The translations under genes were made by a program, and so were the position numbers. Positions 28,671 through 38,628 of a DNA stretch of 64,000 nt are shown in pieces. The notes below the pieces were generated by a model. The model made no database searches, was not told the origin of the DNA, and worked only from the letters and a program-made list of their open reading frames with translations. How positions within the stretch are numbered: the stretch's first letter is position 1; each line of letters opens with the position of its first letter. The DNA lies in assembly GCF_020745735.1 (NCBI RefSeq), contig NC_083417.1, positions 72,230,001 to 72,294,000 of the forward strand, given 5' to 3'. Source of the DNA: Hemiscyllium ocellatum (lineage: Eukaryota).

Positions 28671-28939
28671 TGCAAAAAACTTTCAAAGAAAGAGAGAGAA
28701 AAAAATAATGCCTTCTATTAATTCAGCATTCAGATATAAGGTGAAGAATTCTAATGCAGTCTAACAGGAATAAATATAAACCGTTTTAAAAATTGACTTT
28801 GTTGAGAAAATATCATCTTTAGGATCAACATGTGCTGAAGCATAATCATATTGGACGAAGGAATAATCAATTCTTGCCAATAGACGAACGTTGCGGTGAA
28901 TTGACAGCACAGCAGCCTCAGATTGGGTGAGATTCTGCA
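28671..28939 (-). pseudogene. Inverted decayed copy of the receptor 5'UTR, leader and first intron
   Basis: Reverse complement aligns with 30061-30354 (~85% by eye over UTR and leader); encodes MIMLQHMLILKMI from 28849; TATA mutated and splice donor deleted. Confidence 0.85.
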
Positions 28940-30028
28940 AGATCTCTGTAAAATTGCATGCATCAACAACTTATACCGGAGATAATGTGGTTTGCAAGTT
29001 TACATTTTCAAAATTCCCCCTGTTTTGGTCCATGTTCCAATTTCCAATTCAATATGTTTACTCTATCTTACTAACCAGTTAATATAAATTTGCTTGTTGA
29101 ACCATTTAGGTTCCCGAAATTGAGTGGTTAAGTAGCGAGTGACTGGATGGATACTAAGTGGGCCTTTGCTCTTCTGAGAGAGCCTACAACTCGAGGTTGG
29201 GAGGGGAGGGAACGTTGAAGATAGAGGATGGCCATTGAACACGGAAACACGGAGGATTTCTTTTTTTTGGAAATGTGCTCTTTAGAATCATCTATCTTAG
29301 AGAACAATCCGGATTTTAAAACATGGTGAAAGCAGAACAAGACTTTTTTTTTCATTTTCAAATCGTTCAAAGTTTTTTTTGGGGGGCGGGTAATATTAAG
29401 AGAAAGTGGGAAAAAAATTCTAGTCCAAAATCAGATGACTGAATTTATTGAATGGCAGGACGGGCTCGTATGTCCAACTTGCCTACTCCTGATCCTATTC
29501 CCTAAGATATTATGTTCTTAATACCCAACCTATAACTTTCTATTGAAGGGTATAAACATATTACAGTTTCCATTGATGAAAATCTGAATAAAATTAAACT
29601 GAAATCAAATCGAGTCCGGATAAAAAAAAGACTTCACACTATCACACGAATCAAAGACAACCCATTAAAAACTTGCTGATTTCACATCGCCTGGTGGAAC
29701 AATTGCAGATGCAACGATTCAGCTCAATCTCATATTTCTGTCAATACTCTGCTGCTTTGTTTTATATTTTCAACATCCACAGTACTTCGCAATTTTGATT
29801 TGGCCTTGACAGCAGCTTGTTGGTTAGTTTCGGCAGGAGTGCCTTTGTTTTCGTTCCTCACCGCTCAATGTTCAAATCCAGATCATGTACCTCAAAATAT
29901 TTATATTTCAGGAAACTATTACAATAGAAACCTCAGTTAACCAATCGGCTGGGTAGAACTTGACTGGTATGATCTTTATTGTAGTTCCTTCTCAAACCTT
30001 TCAAAGTTCACATTACCACAGCACTTCA

Positions 30029-30099
30029 CCAATTCTTTCATGATCGTTTATATGCAAATATGCAGAACCTCACGCCATCTGAGGCAGCTCTGCTATAAA
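30029..30099 (+). promoter_or_regulatory. Ig-V-style promoter of the VJ-C1 receptor
   Basis: CCAAT 30029-33, TTCATGA 30037-43, perfect ATGCAAAT 30052-59, CATCTG E-box 30076-81, TATAAA 30094-99, ATG at 30151. Confidence 0.7.
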
Positions 30100-30150
30100 T
30101 TCACCACAACGTCCGTCTATTGGCAAGAATTGATTATTTCTTCATCCAGT

Positions 30151-30196
30151 ATGATAATGCTTCAGCCAATGTTGGTGCTAGAGATGATTTGGACAG
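30151..30196 (+). CDS. VJ-C1 receptor exon 1, leader MIMLQPMLVLEMIWT(A)
   Basis: 46-nt phase-1 exon with CAG|GTATTT donor, 150-nt intron, in frame with the V exon. Confidence 0.85.
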
Positions 30197-30346
30197 GTAT
30201 TTTCTGAAAAAAAAATCAATTTTTAAAACGGTCTTTATATTTATTCCTGCTAGACTGTATCATTCGATATATGAGAAGTCTTCAAGTCATATCTGAATGT
30301 TGAATTAATAGAATGCATTATTTTTCTCTCTCACTTTCTTTGAAAG

Positions 30347-30664
30347 CTTTTTGCTATTTCCATTTCCGAGTGTCACAGACTCCCCAACACGTTATTCTAA
30401 ATTTCGGAGAACGTGCAACAATCACCTGTGCGTTCAACATTCCACCTGATGATTCCGAGGTCGATGTCTTGTGGTGGAAATTGGGTGATAATACATTTCT
30501 GCATCCAACCTCCGACGCTAGGAAACGGCATTTTAAGAGAAAGGGTCAGGGCACCTTACAGCTGCTTGACGTCCATCTTGAAGATGCTGGAGTTTATTAC
30601 TGCGGAGTCAGTCAGAATAGAGCAACGATCAGCAACGGGACTGGAACAAGACTTGTTGTCCACA
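30347..30664 (+). CDS. VJ-C1 receptor exon 2, V-set Ig domain with joined J-like strand (NKp30/SIRP/antigen-receptor-like)
   Basis: FRVSQTP..ATITCAFN..LWW..TLQL..LEDAGVYYC..NGTGTRLVVH; pyrimidine tract plus AAG acceptor; CA|GTAAGT donor; phase 1-1. A second in-frame acceptor at 30370/71 is possible. Confidence 0.95.
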
Positions 30665-30824
30665 GTAAGTGTCACTGTAGGCGAAGGAATTCTTAGAAAT
30701 CTTGACAAGATTATTTCGCTGATTAATAATATTAAAATACATTCTAAAATTGGTTGAAAACAAAAAATGTTCATAATCTCAACATATCAAGCAGGCCCAG
30801 AGCTTACGTTTCCACTCTGGAACA

Positions 30825-31660
30825 AAAAAACAAAGAAAATTACAGCACAGGCACAGGCCCTTCGGCCCCCCAAGCCTGGTCCAATCCAGATCCTCTATCT
30901 AAACCTGTAGCATAATTTTCAAGAGTCTGTATCTCTCTGCTCCCTGCCCATTCATTCTCTGCCCATCTAGATTCTTTTAAATGAAACTATCATGCCCACC
31001 TCTACCACCTCCACTGGTAACACGTTCCAGGCTCCCCACCCCCCACCCTCTGTGGAAAGAACTTTCCGCCATTTCTCCTGAAAATTTTCCACTCTCACCT
31101 TGAACTCGTGACCCCTAGGAATTGAGTCACTCACTCTGAGAAAAAAAGCTTCTTGCTATCCATCCTGTCTATACCTCTCATGGTTTTGTCGACCTCAATC
31201 AGGTCTCCCCTCAACCACCATCTTTCTAATGAAAATCTATTCAATCCTTCTAATCTACTCAACGTCTCTCTGCATAGCTAGCACACTCCATACCAGGCAA
31301 CATCCAGGTGAACCTCGTCTGTATCCTCCCCAGAGCATCCGCCGCCTTTTGCTAATGTGCCAATCAGAACTGTACTTAGTTTTCCAAATGTGGGGGAACC
31401 AAAGTCTTACACAACTGTAACATGACCTGCCAGTTCTTATAATACCCCGTCAGCTGCAGGAAAGATTGCCATATGCCTTCTTGACCACTCTATCGACCTT
31501 CTTTGCCTCCTTCAGGATGCACTGGACCAAAACACCAAGATCTCTCTGGACATCAATTGTCCCCAGGGCTTTACCATTTACCATAAAGTTCACTCGAAAC
31601 CTGGATCTTCCAACATACATCACCTCACGTGAATTGAACTCCCTGTGGTTCCTACAGACT
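30825..31660 (-). mobile_element. CR1 LINE 3' fragment in intron 2
   Basis: Reverse-complement CR1 3' end and RT C-terminal motifs. Confidence 0.75.
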
Positions 31661-31725
31661 GCTGGATGCTCAACATAAACCTATGAGTATAACTATTCCA
31701 CCTAAATAGCATACTCCTGTGTGCT

Positions 31726-31908
31726 GCAGGGCAACTTAACATGGCCAATCCACCGAAGCTGCACATTTTTGGGCTGTGAGAGGAAATTATAGCATCCTGA
31801 GGAAACCTGTACAGACACAGCGAGAATGCACAAACTCCATCCAGAGGGTGGAACCGAATCCTGGTCCCTGCTGCTGTGAGGCAGCTGTGCTAATCACTGT
31901 GCCACCGA
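31726..31908 (-). mobile_element. HE1-type SINE fragment in intron 2
   Basis: Reverse-complement head and core. Confidence 0.75.
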
Positions 31909-32090
31909 ATGAATTGCATAAAACTTCTGCACTGAACAGAGCAATTGTCTGAGCACAAAGTGACACTTGTGTAATTCTTATTTTTTCAAATTAATTAAAC
32001 AAAAATACTCAGTATTATTTGTTGGTTATGAGAAGCAATGATGTTCCAAATTGATGACGTTGAACAATGTTATTCTTAACTCCATTACAG

Positions 32091-32402
32091 GTCCACCATC
32101 TACCCCGACGATACTTTCCAAAATGCCTGATAGAAGTTCAGACATCGATGTACACCTCGTGTGTGAAACAGATGACTTTTACCCAGAGGGGATTACATTC
32201 AACTGGTACAAAAATTCAAGCAAGATAGCCACCGGGATAAAATCTACAGAGTACTTGACCGATGCGGGGCTTTACCGAGCTTCCAGTACGCTACAGGAAT
32301 CACAGCCAGTCCGGAAAGGCAACGCTTATATTTGCTTGGTATCTCACAGCACCCTCCAAAGTCCGAAATTATCTGTTTATTTGGTGTCTAGATTTAATTC
32401 AG
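32091..32402 (+). CDS. VJ-C1 receptor exon 3, C1-set Ig domain
   Basis: LVC...FYPEGITFNWYKN...YRASSTL...YICLVSH; ttacAG acceptor, CAG|GTAGGA donor; phase 1-1. Confidence 0.95.
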
Positions 32403-32469
32403 GTAGGAACCCAATGGCTGAATTCTCATATATAAAGAGCTAATAATATTACAACTGAAGTCGCATAGA

Positions 32470-32475
32470 AATAAA
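32470..32475 (+). terminator. Candidate intronic poly(A) signal for a secreted V-C1 form
   Basis: AATAAA shortly after the read-through stop at 32441-43, followed by a U-rich tract near 32490. Confidence 0.4.
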
Positions 32476-32559
32476 GCTAGAGCGCCAAATTCTTTTTTGG
32501 TAATAATTGGATACCACATATTCAGGGTCTGAACATGCGCATGCAAACTGGGTGAATAT

Positions 32560-35530
32560 CACGGGAACAGGCCATTCAGCCAACCAGTCTGTGCAGATCA
32601 TGATGTCATTCTAAACTAATCCCATCTGCCTCACATGGTTTGGATTTCTCTATTCCCTGCCTGTTCATGGTCTGTCGAAATGCCTCTTAAACATTGTTGT
32701 CATTGTTGACTTCTCCACCTCCTCATGCTGCCTGGATTGCTGTATCCTTCCAGCATCTGCAGCTTTTTGTCTCTATCACCTAACCTGGCAGAATTTTCAG
32801 GCACTCTCTGTGAAATGTTTTCCTCACACAGGTCTTTTAAATGTTGCCCTCTCACCTTAAACTTATTCACCCTAATATTTGACATTTCCACCCGTGGGGA
32901 AAAAACACCTCTGACTATCCGCCTGTCGCCTCTTAGTGTCCTACGCTTGAGTGAATACAGTTCAAGTTTGTCTAACCTCCCCTTGTAGCTAATACAGCCC
33001 AAAAGAGGCAACATCTTGCTAAACTTCTTTTGCAATCTCTGAAAAGCCTGCTGATCCTTCCCATAGTATGTCAACTAAAATGGCACGCAAGACTTCAAAT
33101 GGAGATTTAAATAAAGTTTTACACAGCTCCAAAATGACTTGCCAAGTTTTCTACTCAACACCCTGACTGACTGAACACCTCATTCCTGACGGAGAGCTTA
33201 TGCTTGAAACATCAACTCTTCTGCTCCACTGATGCTGCCTGACTGGCTGTGCTTTTCCAGTACCACACTCTTTCACCTGACTAATTATGGGAAGCATGCC
33301 ATATTGCTTCTTTTGTTGCTACTTTCAGGGAGCAATGGGCATTGCACCTCAAGATGCCACTGTATTACAACGCTAAGAAGGCTCCTGACATTTCCTGCAC
33401 CATTTCTTCTTGTATTTGACCTCTCAAAATGCATACCTCACATTTTTCTGGATTAAATTCAATCTATCATTTCCCTGCTCAACTATTCTACATCCTTCTG
33501 TATTCTTTGAAAACTTCCCTCACTATTCACAATTTTTGTGACATCAGTGAATTTACTAATCAGACCGCTTACATTTTTACCCAACTCATTATTTGTATCA
33601 CAGATGACAGAGCTCCCAGCAGTGATCCTTGCACAACACTACTGGTCACAGGCATCCAGCAGTAAAACATTACTGAACAACTAACTTTTGTCTTCTATGG
33701 CCAAACCAATTTTATATTCAACTTAAAAAGTCTCTGTGGAGTCCATATGACTTAATCTTCAATGCTCGAGGAAAGTCAATGTACACTAATATGTTTATAG
33801 ATTGGGATTCTCTTGGTAAGGACATCTCAAGGCCCCTTTTAGAGCTCCTAATTTCGCATTTTCATTCATTTCTACTTCTTTACTATTCCTCAAGGGCCCT
33901 GGCAGATTTCAGTTTCCTGAACTTTACTTCTGCTTCCTTTTTCGTTTTGACTAAATTTACAATATCTCTTATCATCCAGGGTTCCCAAATTTTTGTCATC
34001 TTTATCTTTCCTTTTCACATGATCATGCTGGTCCTAAATGCTGATCTAAAATTTGGGTCAAAATCTTGGAATTCCCTCGCTAATTTCACAATTTCCCCAA
34101 AGGACTAGTTTTATCCTTGTTCACAACTACCTTTAAACTTACGGAATTATAGTCACAGTTCCCATATGTTCCCCCACGCAAACCTTGAACACCTGGCCAG
34201 GCTCATTACCAATTCAAACTCCATTGTGGCCCCTTACCTAGTTGGTATAGCTTCATATTGTTTCATGAAGCCCTTGTAGATGCAATTAAGTTGTTAAATC
34301 TTTCCATGACTTGTTTACATATCAGGTCTTCGATCTCCTGTTGTCTAATGGGAATCATTTAGTGTAACTCCATCATTGTGACTGCAACTTCCTTATTCCT
34401 GATTTTTACCCATATGGCTTCACCGGATGAGCCTTCCAAATGTTGTCTCTTAGTGTAATTGTGACATTCTCCTTTGTTAGTAATGTAGATCCCCAACCAC
34501 TTCTATGTTCCTCTCCATCTTACCATGAACCCTGAAACGTTGAGCTACCAGTCCTGTCCTTTTCTCCACCAAGTATCTGTATTGGCTACAATATGTAGGT
34601 CCATGAGCTCAGACTCTAAGCTTATCTACCTTACCTGTTATGAACCTTACATTAAAATATCTACATTTAAGACCACAAGTCCCACCAAGTTTATTAACTT
34701 GGTCTTCCCTGTTGTTCCTATTAGACTTACTTGACTTAACTTCTGCTTCCTTCTCAATTCCTCCATATGCCGGCCTGCTGCCCTAGTTTGCATTCCCTGT
34801 CTCACCAGTTTACATTTCCTGAGTATACAAGCAAACCAAGCAAAGATACTGATGCCCCTCCAGTTTAAGTTTAACCCATCATTCTTGTACAAGTCCCTCC
34901 TACTCTGGAACCAATCCCAATGATCCAGATATCTGAAGATTTCCACCCTACACCTGCTCCTTAGCCATGCATCAACTTTACTATCTTCCTATTTCTGGCC
35001 TCACCAGCAGGTGTCATGTGGAGTCATCTTTAGCTGACAATCCGAGAAACCCTCCATTTTATCTTCCTAACTTACTCTTTAATTTCTCTTTGCTGCACCT
35101 TATTTCACTTCCTGCCTTTGGCATGTGTTCCAGTATGGGCCATGATCTCTGGCTGATCACCCTTCCATTTCAAAATGTCCTGTGTCCACTCAGAGGCTAC
35201 TAGGGAGGCAATCCTGCCACTGGGGAGGCAACATACCATCCTGGAGACTTACTTGTGGCCACAGAAATGACTCATTTTACCCGTGACTACAGAATCCCCT
35301 ATGACGATCACTCACCTATACGTCCCTGCTGTACAATGGATCCATTTGTGGTGCCGCTGATATCTGGCTGCTGCTGTTACGTTCCCTGAGAGGTCGTCCT
35401 CCAACTCCAAAAAATATCCAAAGTGGTGCATCTGTTGGAGAGGGGAATAACCACAGGGGGCTCCTTCCTTGCCTGCCTGTCCCCTCTGGCATTCATCTGG
35501 CTGAACCTCAGCCGTGACCACATCCCTGAA
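32560..35530 (-). mobile_element. Composite CR1 LINE fragments in intron 3
   Basis: Minus ORFs 32700-33074 (RLQKKFSKMLP...SYKGRLDKLELYSL) and 34647-34946 (YKNDGLNLNWRG, CR1 ORF1/ORF2 junction-like). Confidence 0.75.
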
Positions 35531-37120
35531 ACTCCCAGCTAAAACAAAGCAGGATTTTGCTGCCTGTGGTAATCTGTGCTCTCAAACACTGCTTGATAAC
35601 CATGTCTTTGCAGATGGTGACTCTGTACAACGACAGATACAATCAAATGCAAGACGAATTTAAGGCTAAAATGCTTTACTCGTAAACTAAATTCATATGT
35701 GAATTCATTAGCACAGGAAATGGTTAAGTGGAGTAGAGTAGTGTTTAAATCCAAAATGAAAATATCAAAAATGAATAACAATGTACTGAAAAGTTGAGAT
35801 CTGGTACTTCAAATGGAGTAGAAGGACCAATCATCAGATAGAGCAGGTAGGCCAATTTGATTTTCAAATACCAAGGTTGCACCCCGTTTTCTTCATACGT
35901 TCGAAATAGTCCGGTGCAAACTCACAGAAAAAGTGATGAGCCTGACCTATACGAGCACTGCGACACAAGAGCAGGAGAAGGGAGCACTCGGAGACAGTCA
36001 CCATTATCTTAACGAGGAGATGGCAAGGCCTCTGACCTCCGGTGGAGCAGCTCGGTCTGGGAAGCTGTTAACCCCTGGGTGAATCTGATCTGCAAATGAG
36101 TGACTTGGGTTGAAGGCTATAAATTTGAGGCAATTCCTAAGGTGTCCCCAATTTAACAAGCATCTGACCTTCATCTCAGGATTGGATGCTATAAATCATG
36201 AGTGAGGTCAACGACATTTACCTGGGAGTTGGAAAGACACACCATTCAGCTGCTACAAACTGGCTAGCAGTGAGTTTGACATCACGCTGTAAAATTAATG
36301 AACTGATATGAAACTATATGAGGAGCTGTTCTGAAAATATTATGTCAGGAAAGCACATTGTATTTATAGAGCAGATAAGCTTAGATTTAATGATGAAATA
36401 ATATGAGGATGTGTAGGTCAAGAATAAATTAATAAAGTCATGTGAGAAATCCAAAATAGTAAAATGTTGGTGTAAGGTAATTTTCAGAGAATGCAAGTCA
36501 GTCATGTCGACTCTGTGCCCTGTAATATGTGGGAAATCTGGCACCATCTCCGAGATGGCACGCTTTTCCTAACTAAATGTCCTTCAGGTGAGCTCTGAGG
36601 AAGGTTAACTATGATTTCTCTGCACACGTTCTGCCGGATCTACTGAGCTTTTCCAGCAATTTCTGTATTGGTTTGTGCTGTACTTCTGGCTTTCTATTTA
36701 CAAATTCTTTTCTTCTCAACTTCTTTCCATAACCGCTTATCGATAACTCATTTTCGGTAAACTCATATTTACATAAACTAATCCTTCTGTAATTAATTCC
36801 ACCTCTTCACTGTTTTCTGAGCAAGTAAGTTTCTTGTAACTTTCTAAGAATAGCCTTGAACCTTTTCCACTCATTAGTTACAGACCCAATGGCTAATGCT
36901 CGCACAGTGTCCTCAGATTTGCTTTGACAATTTCTATTTGTAGTAAGCACCATTCCACCTGACACAGGGTGCACTTCTATTGAAGATGGGCACGATTTAA
37001 GCTCCATATCTAATTAAGGCTCAGAATCTCTTCCATTTTGAAAGGACTTATCCCATTCTGCTAAAAGATTAAGACTGTGAAATGCCTGCAGTGTGCTATC
37101 CTATTGTAGGAGGAGCTTTG

Positions 37121-37432
37121 GGGTGGCACGGTGGCACAGTGGTTAGCACTGCTGCCTCACAGCGCCAGGGACCTGGGTTCAATTCCCGACTCAGGCGACT
37201 GACTGTGTGGAGTTTGCACATTCTCCCCGTGTCTGTGTGGGTTTCCTCCGGGTGCTCCGGTTTCCTCCCACAGTCCAAAGATGTGCGGATCAGGTGAATT
37301 GGCCATGCTAAATTGCCCGTAGTGTTAGGTAAGGGGTATATGTAGGGGTATGGGTGGGTTGCGCTTCGGTGGGTCGGTGTGGACTTGTTGGGCCGAAGGG
37401 CCTGTTTCCACACTGTAAGTAATCTAATCTAA
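37121..37432 (+). mobile_element. HE1-type SINE, young full-length copy in intron 3
   Basis: Near-consensus head, core and (taatc)n tail. Confidence 0.92.
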
Positions 37433-37874
37433 AGACTGTGTATGCTGGAGATCCGAGTCAAAACGTGTGGTGCTGGTGAAGCACAGCCAGTCAGGCAGCA
37501 TCCAAGGAGCAGGAGAGTCGATGTTTTGGGCATAAGCCCTTCATTAGGGGCGAGCAATTTCATGTTAGGGCTTCCAGTGTCAGGGCAAATGATTTCAAAG
37601 GCAATATCCAACAGCAGTTTAACTAAACAAAACATCCACGCTTCAATTCAAAGAAACAAGGCATGACGTAAAAATGAGGAAAGGTTTAATCACTTCGATC
37701 TGACTTGTGATATGTTTTAATTTCACTCTAGTTTTCATGAGCAGTACCCAATCGCTAACTCTACAGCTTTCACGCAGACACAAAGTGAATCAATTGTTGT
37801 ATACGTCGATAATTATGGATTTATCGCAAGTTTTATCTCAGAAATATTCCCATCTGTCCTCATTCATCGTCTAG

Positions 37875-37985
37875 GTATCGGCATTAATTTTGATATTTTG
37901 GCGATTGGGTGCACAATCAGCGGACTCATCTGTCTAGTGCTGGGGGCAGTCATTGGAAAGCGATGCAAGGCACGTTCATGCAAAG
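37875..37985 (+). CDS. VJ-C1 receptor exon 4, transmembrane
   Basis: (G)IGINFDILAIGCTISGLICLVLGAVIGKRCKARSCK(G); 21 uncharged residues then a basic stop-transfer; ctAG acceptor, AAG|GTAAAG donor; phase 1-1. Confidence 0.88.
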
Positions 37986-38069
37986 GTAAAGGAGTTCTAT
38001 TTTTATGCTGTCCGAACATTTTCAATGAGTAAAGAAGAAATACTACTGTCAGTAGCTCCTAATCTGAGT

Positions 38070-38275
38070 TTAGATCGGAGTGGTGCTGGAAAAGCACAGC
38101 AGGTCAGGCAGCATCTGAGGAGCAGGAAAATCGACATTTAATATTCCTGATGAAGGGCTTTTTCCAGAAACATCGATTTTCCTGCTCCTCGGATGCTGCC
38201 TGACCTGCTGTGCTTTTCCAGCACCACTTCGATTTAAACTCTGGTTTTCAGCATCTGCAGTCCTCACTTTTGCCC
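38070..38275 (+). mobile_element. Fold-back Penelope-type element with central hammerhead-like core (intron 4)
   Basis: ~65-bp inverted arms around CTGATGA(38147)...GAAA(38167)CATC; degenerate 16-bp flanking repeat (13/16). Confidence 0.65.
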
Positions 38276-38590
38276 AGCTCCAAACTTGAGTCCAAAAAGA
38301 ACCCTTTTCATCTTAATCGAGTATAGAAAATTGGGTGACACATTGTACTAACCTGAATAAATATGTATAATTTTTTTAATGCTATCACCTTTTTCATGTT
38401 TATGCTGAAGTATAGCTCCAATTCAGGAACAAAATTATGAGCGGCTAGTGATTCCAATGCATTATATTTATTAATAATTATGAATTAAGACAATATGTTT
38501 CATGGACGTTGGATGTCTCTGTACCTCTCGCTTGGTCTGTAAAAAGAAAACACACAGTAACGTCTTGAAAATTATATTCCCAATGCACAG

Positions 38591-38628
38591 GGCCAAATCA
38601 AGATACAGCTCGACATTGTGAAGAAACG
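38591..38628 (+). CDS. VJ-C1 receptor exon 5, cytoplasmic linker (G)PNQDTARHCEET
   Basis: cacAG acceptor and ACG|GTATGT donor; 38 nt converts phase 1 to 0, exactly what the ITIM exon requires. Confidence 0.75.

Noticed and set aside
29846-29858. ETS-IRF composite-like site (reverse GGAACGAAAA)
   Set aside because: One-nucleotide spacer instead of the canonical two; too weak to call.
30661-30699. RSS-like heptamers CACAGTA / CACTGTA at the end of the V exon
   Set aside because: They overlap the splice donor, lie after the J-like strand, and have no nonamer at 12 or 23 bp.
30413-30774. Overlapping ORFs 30413-30757 (+) and 30556-30774 (-)
   Set aside because: Alternative-frame shadows of the V exon.
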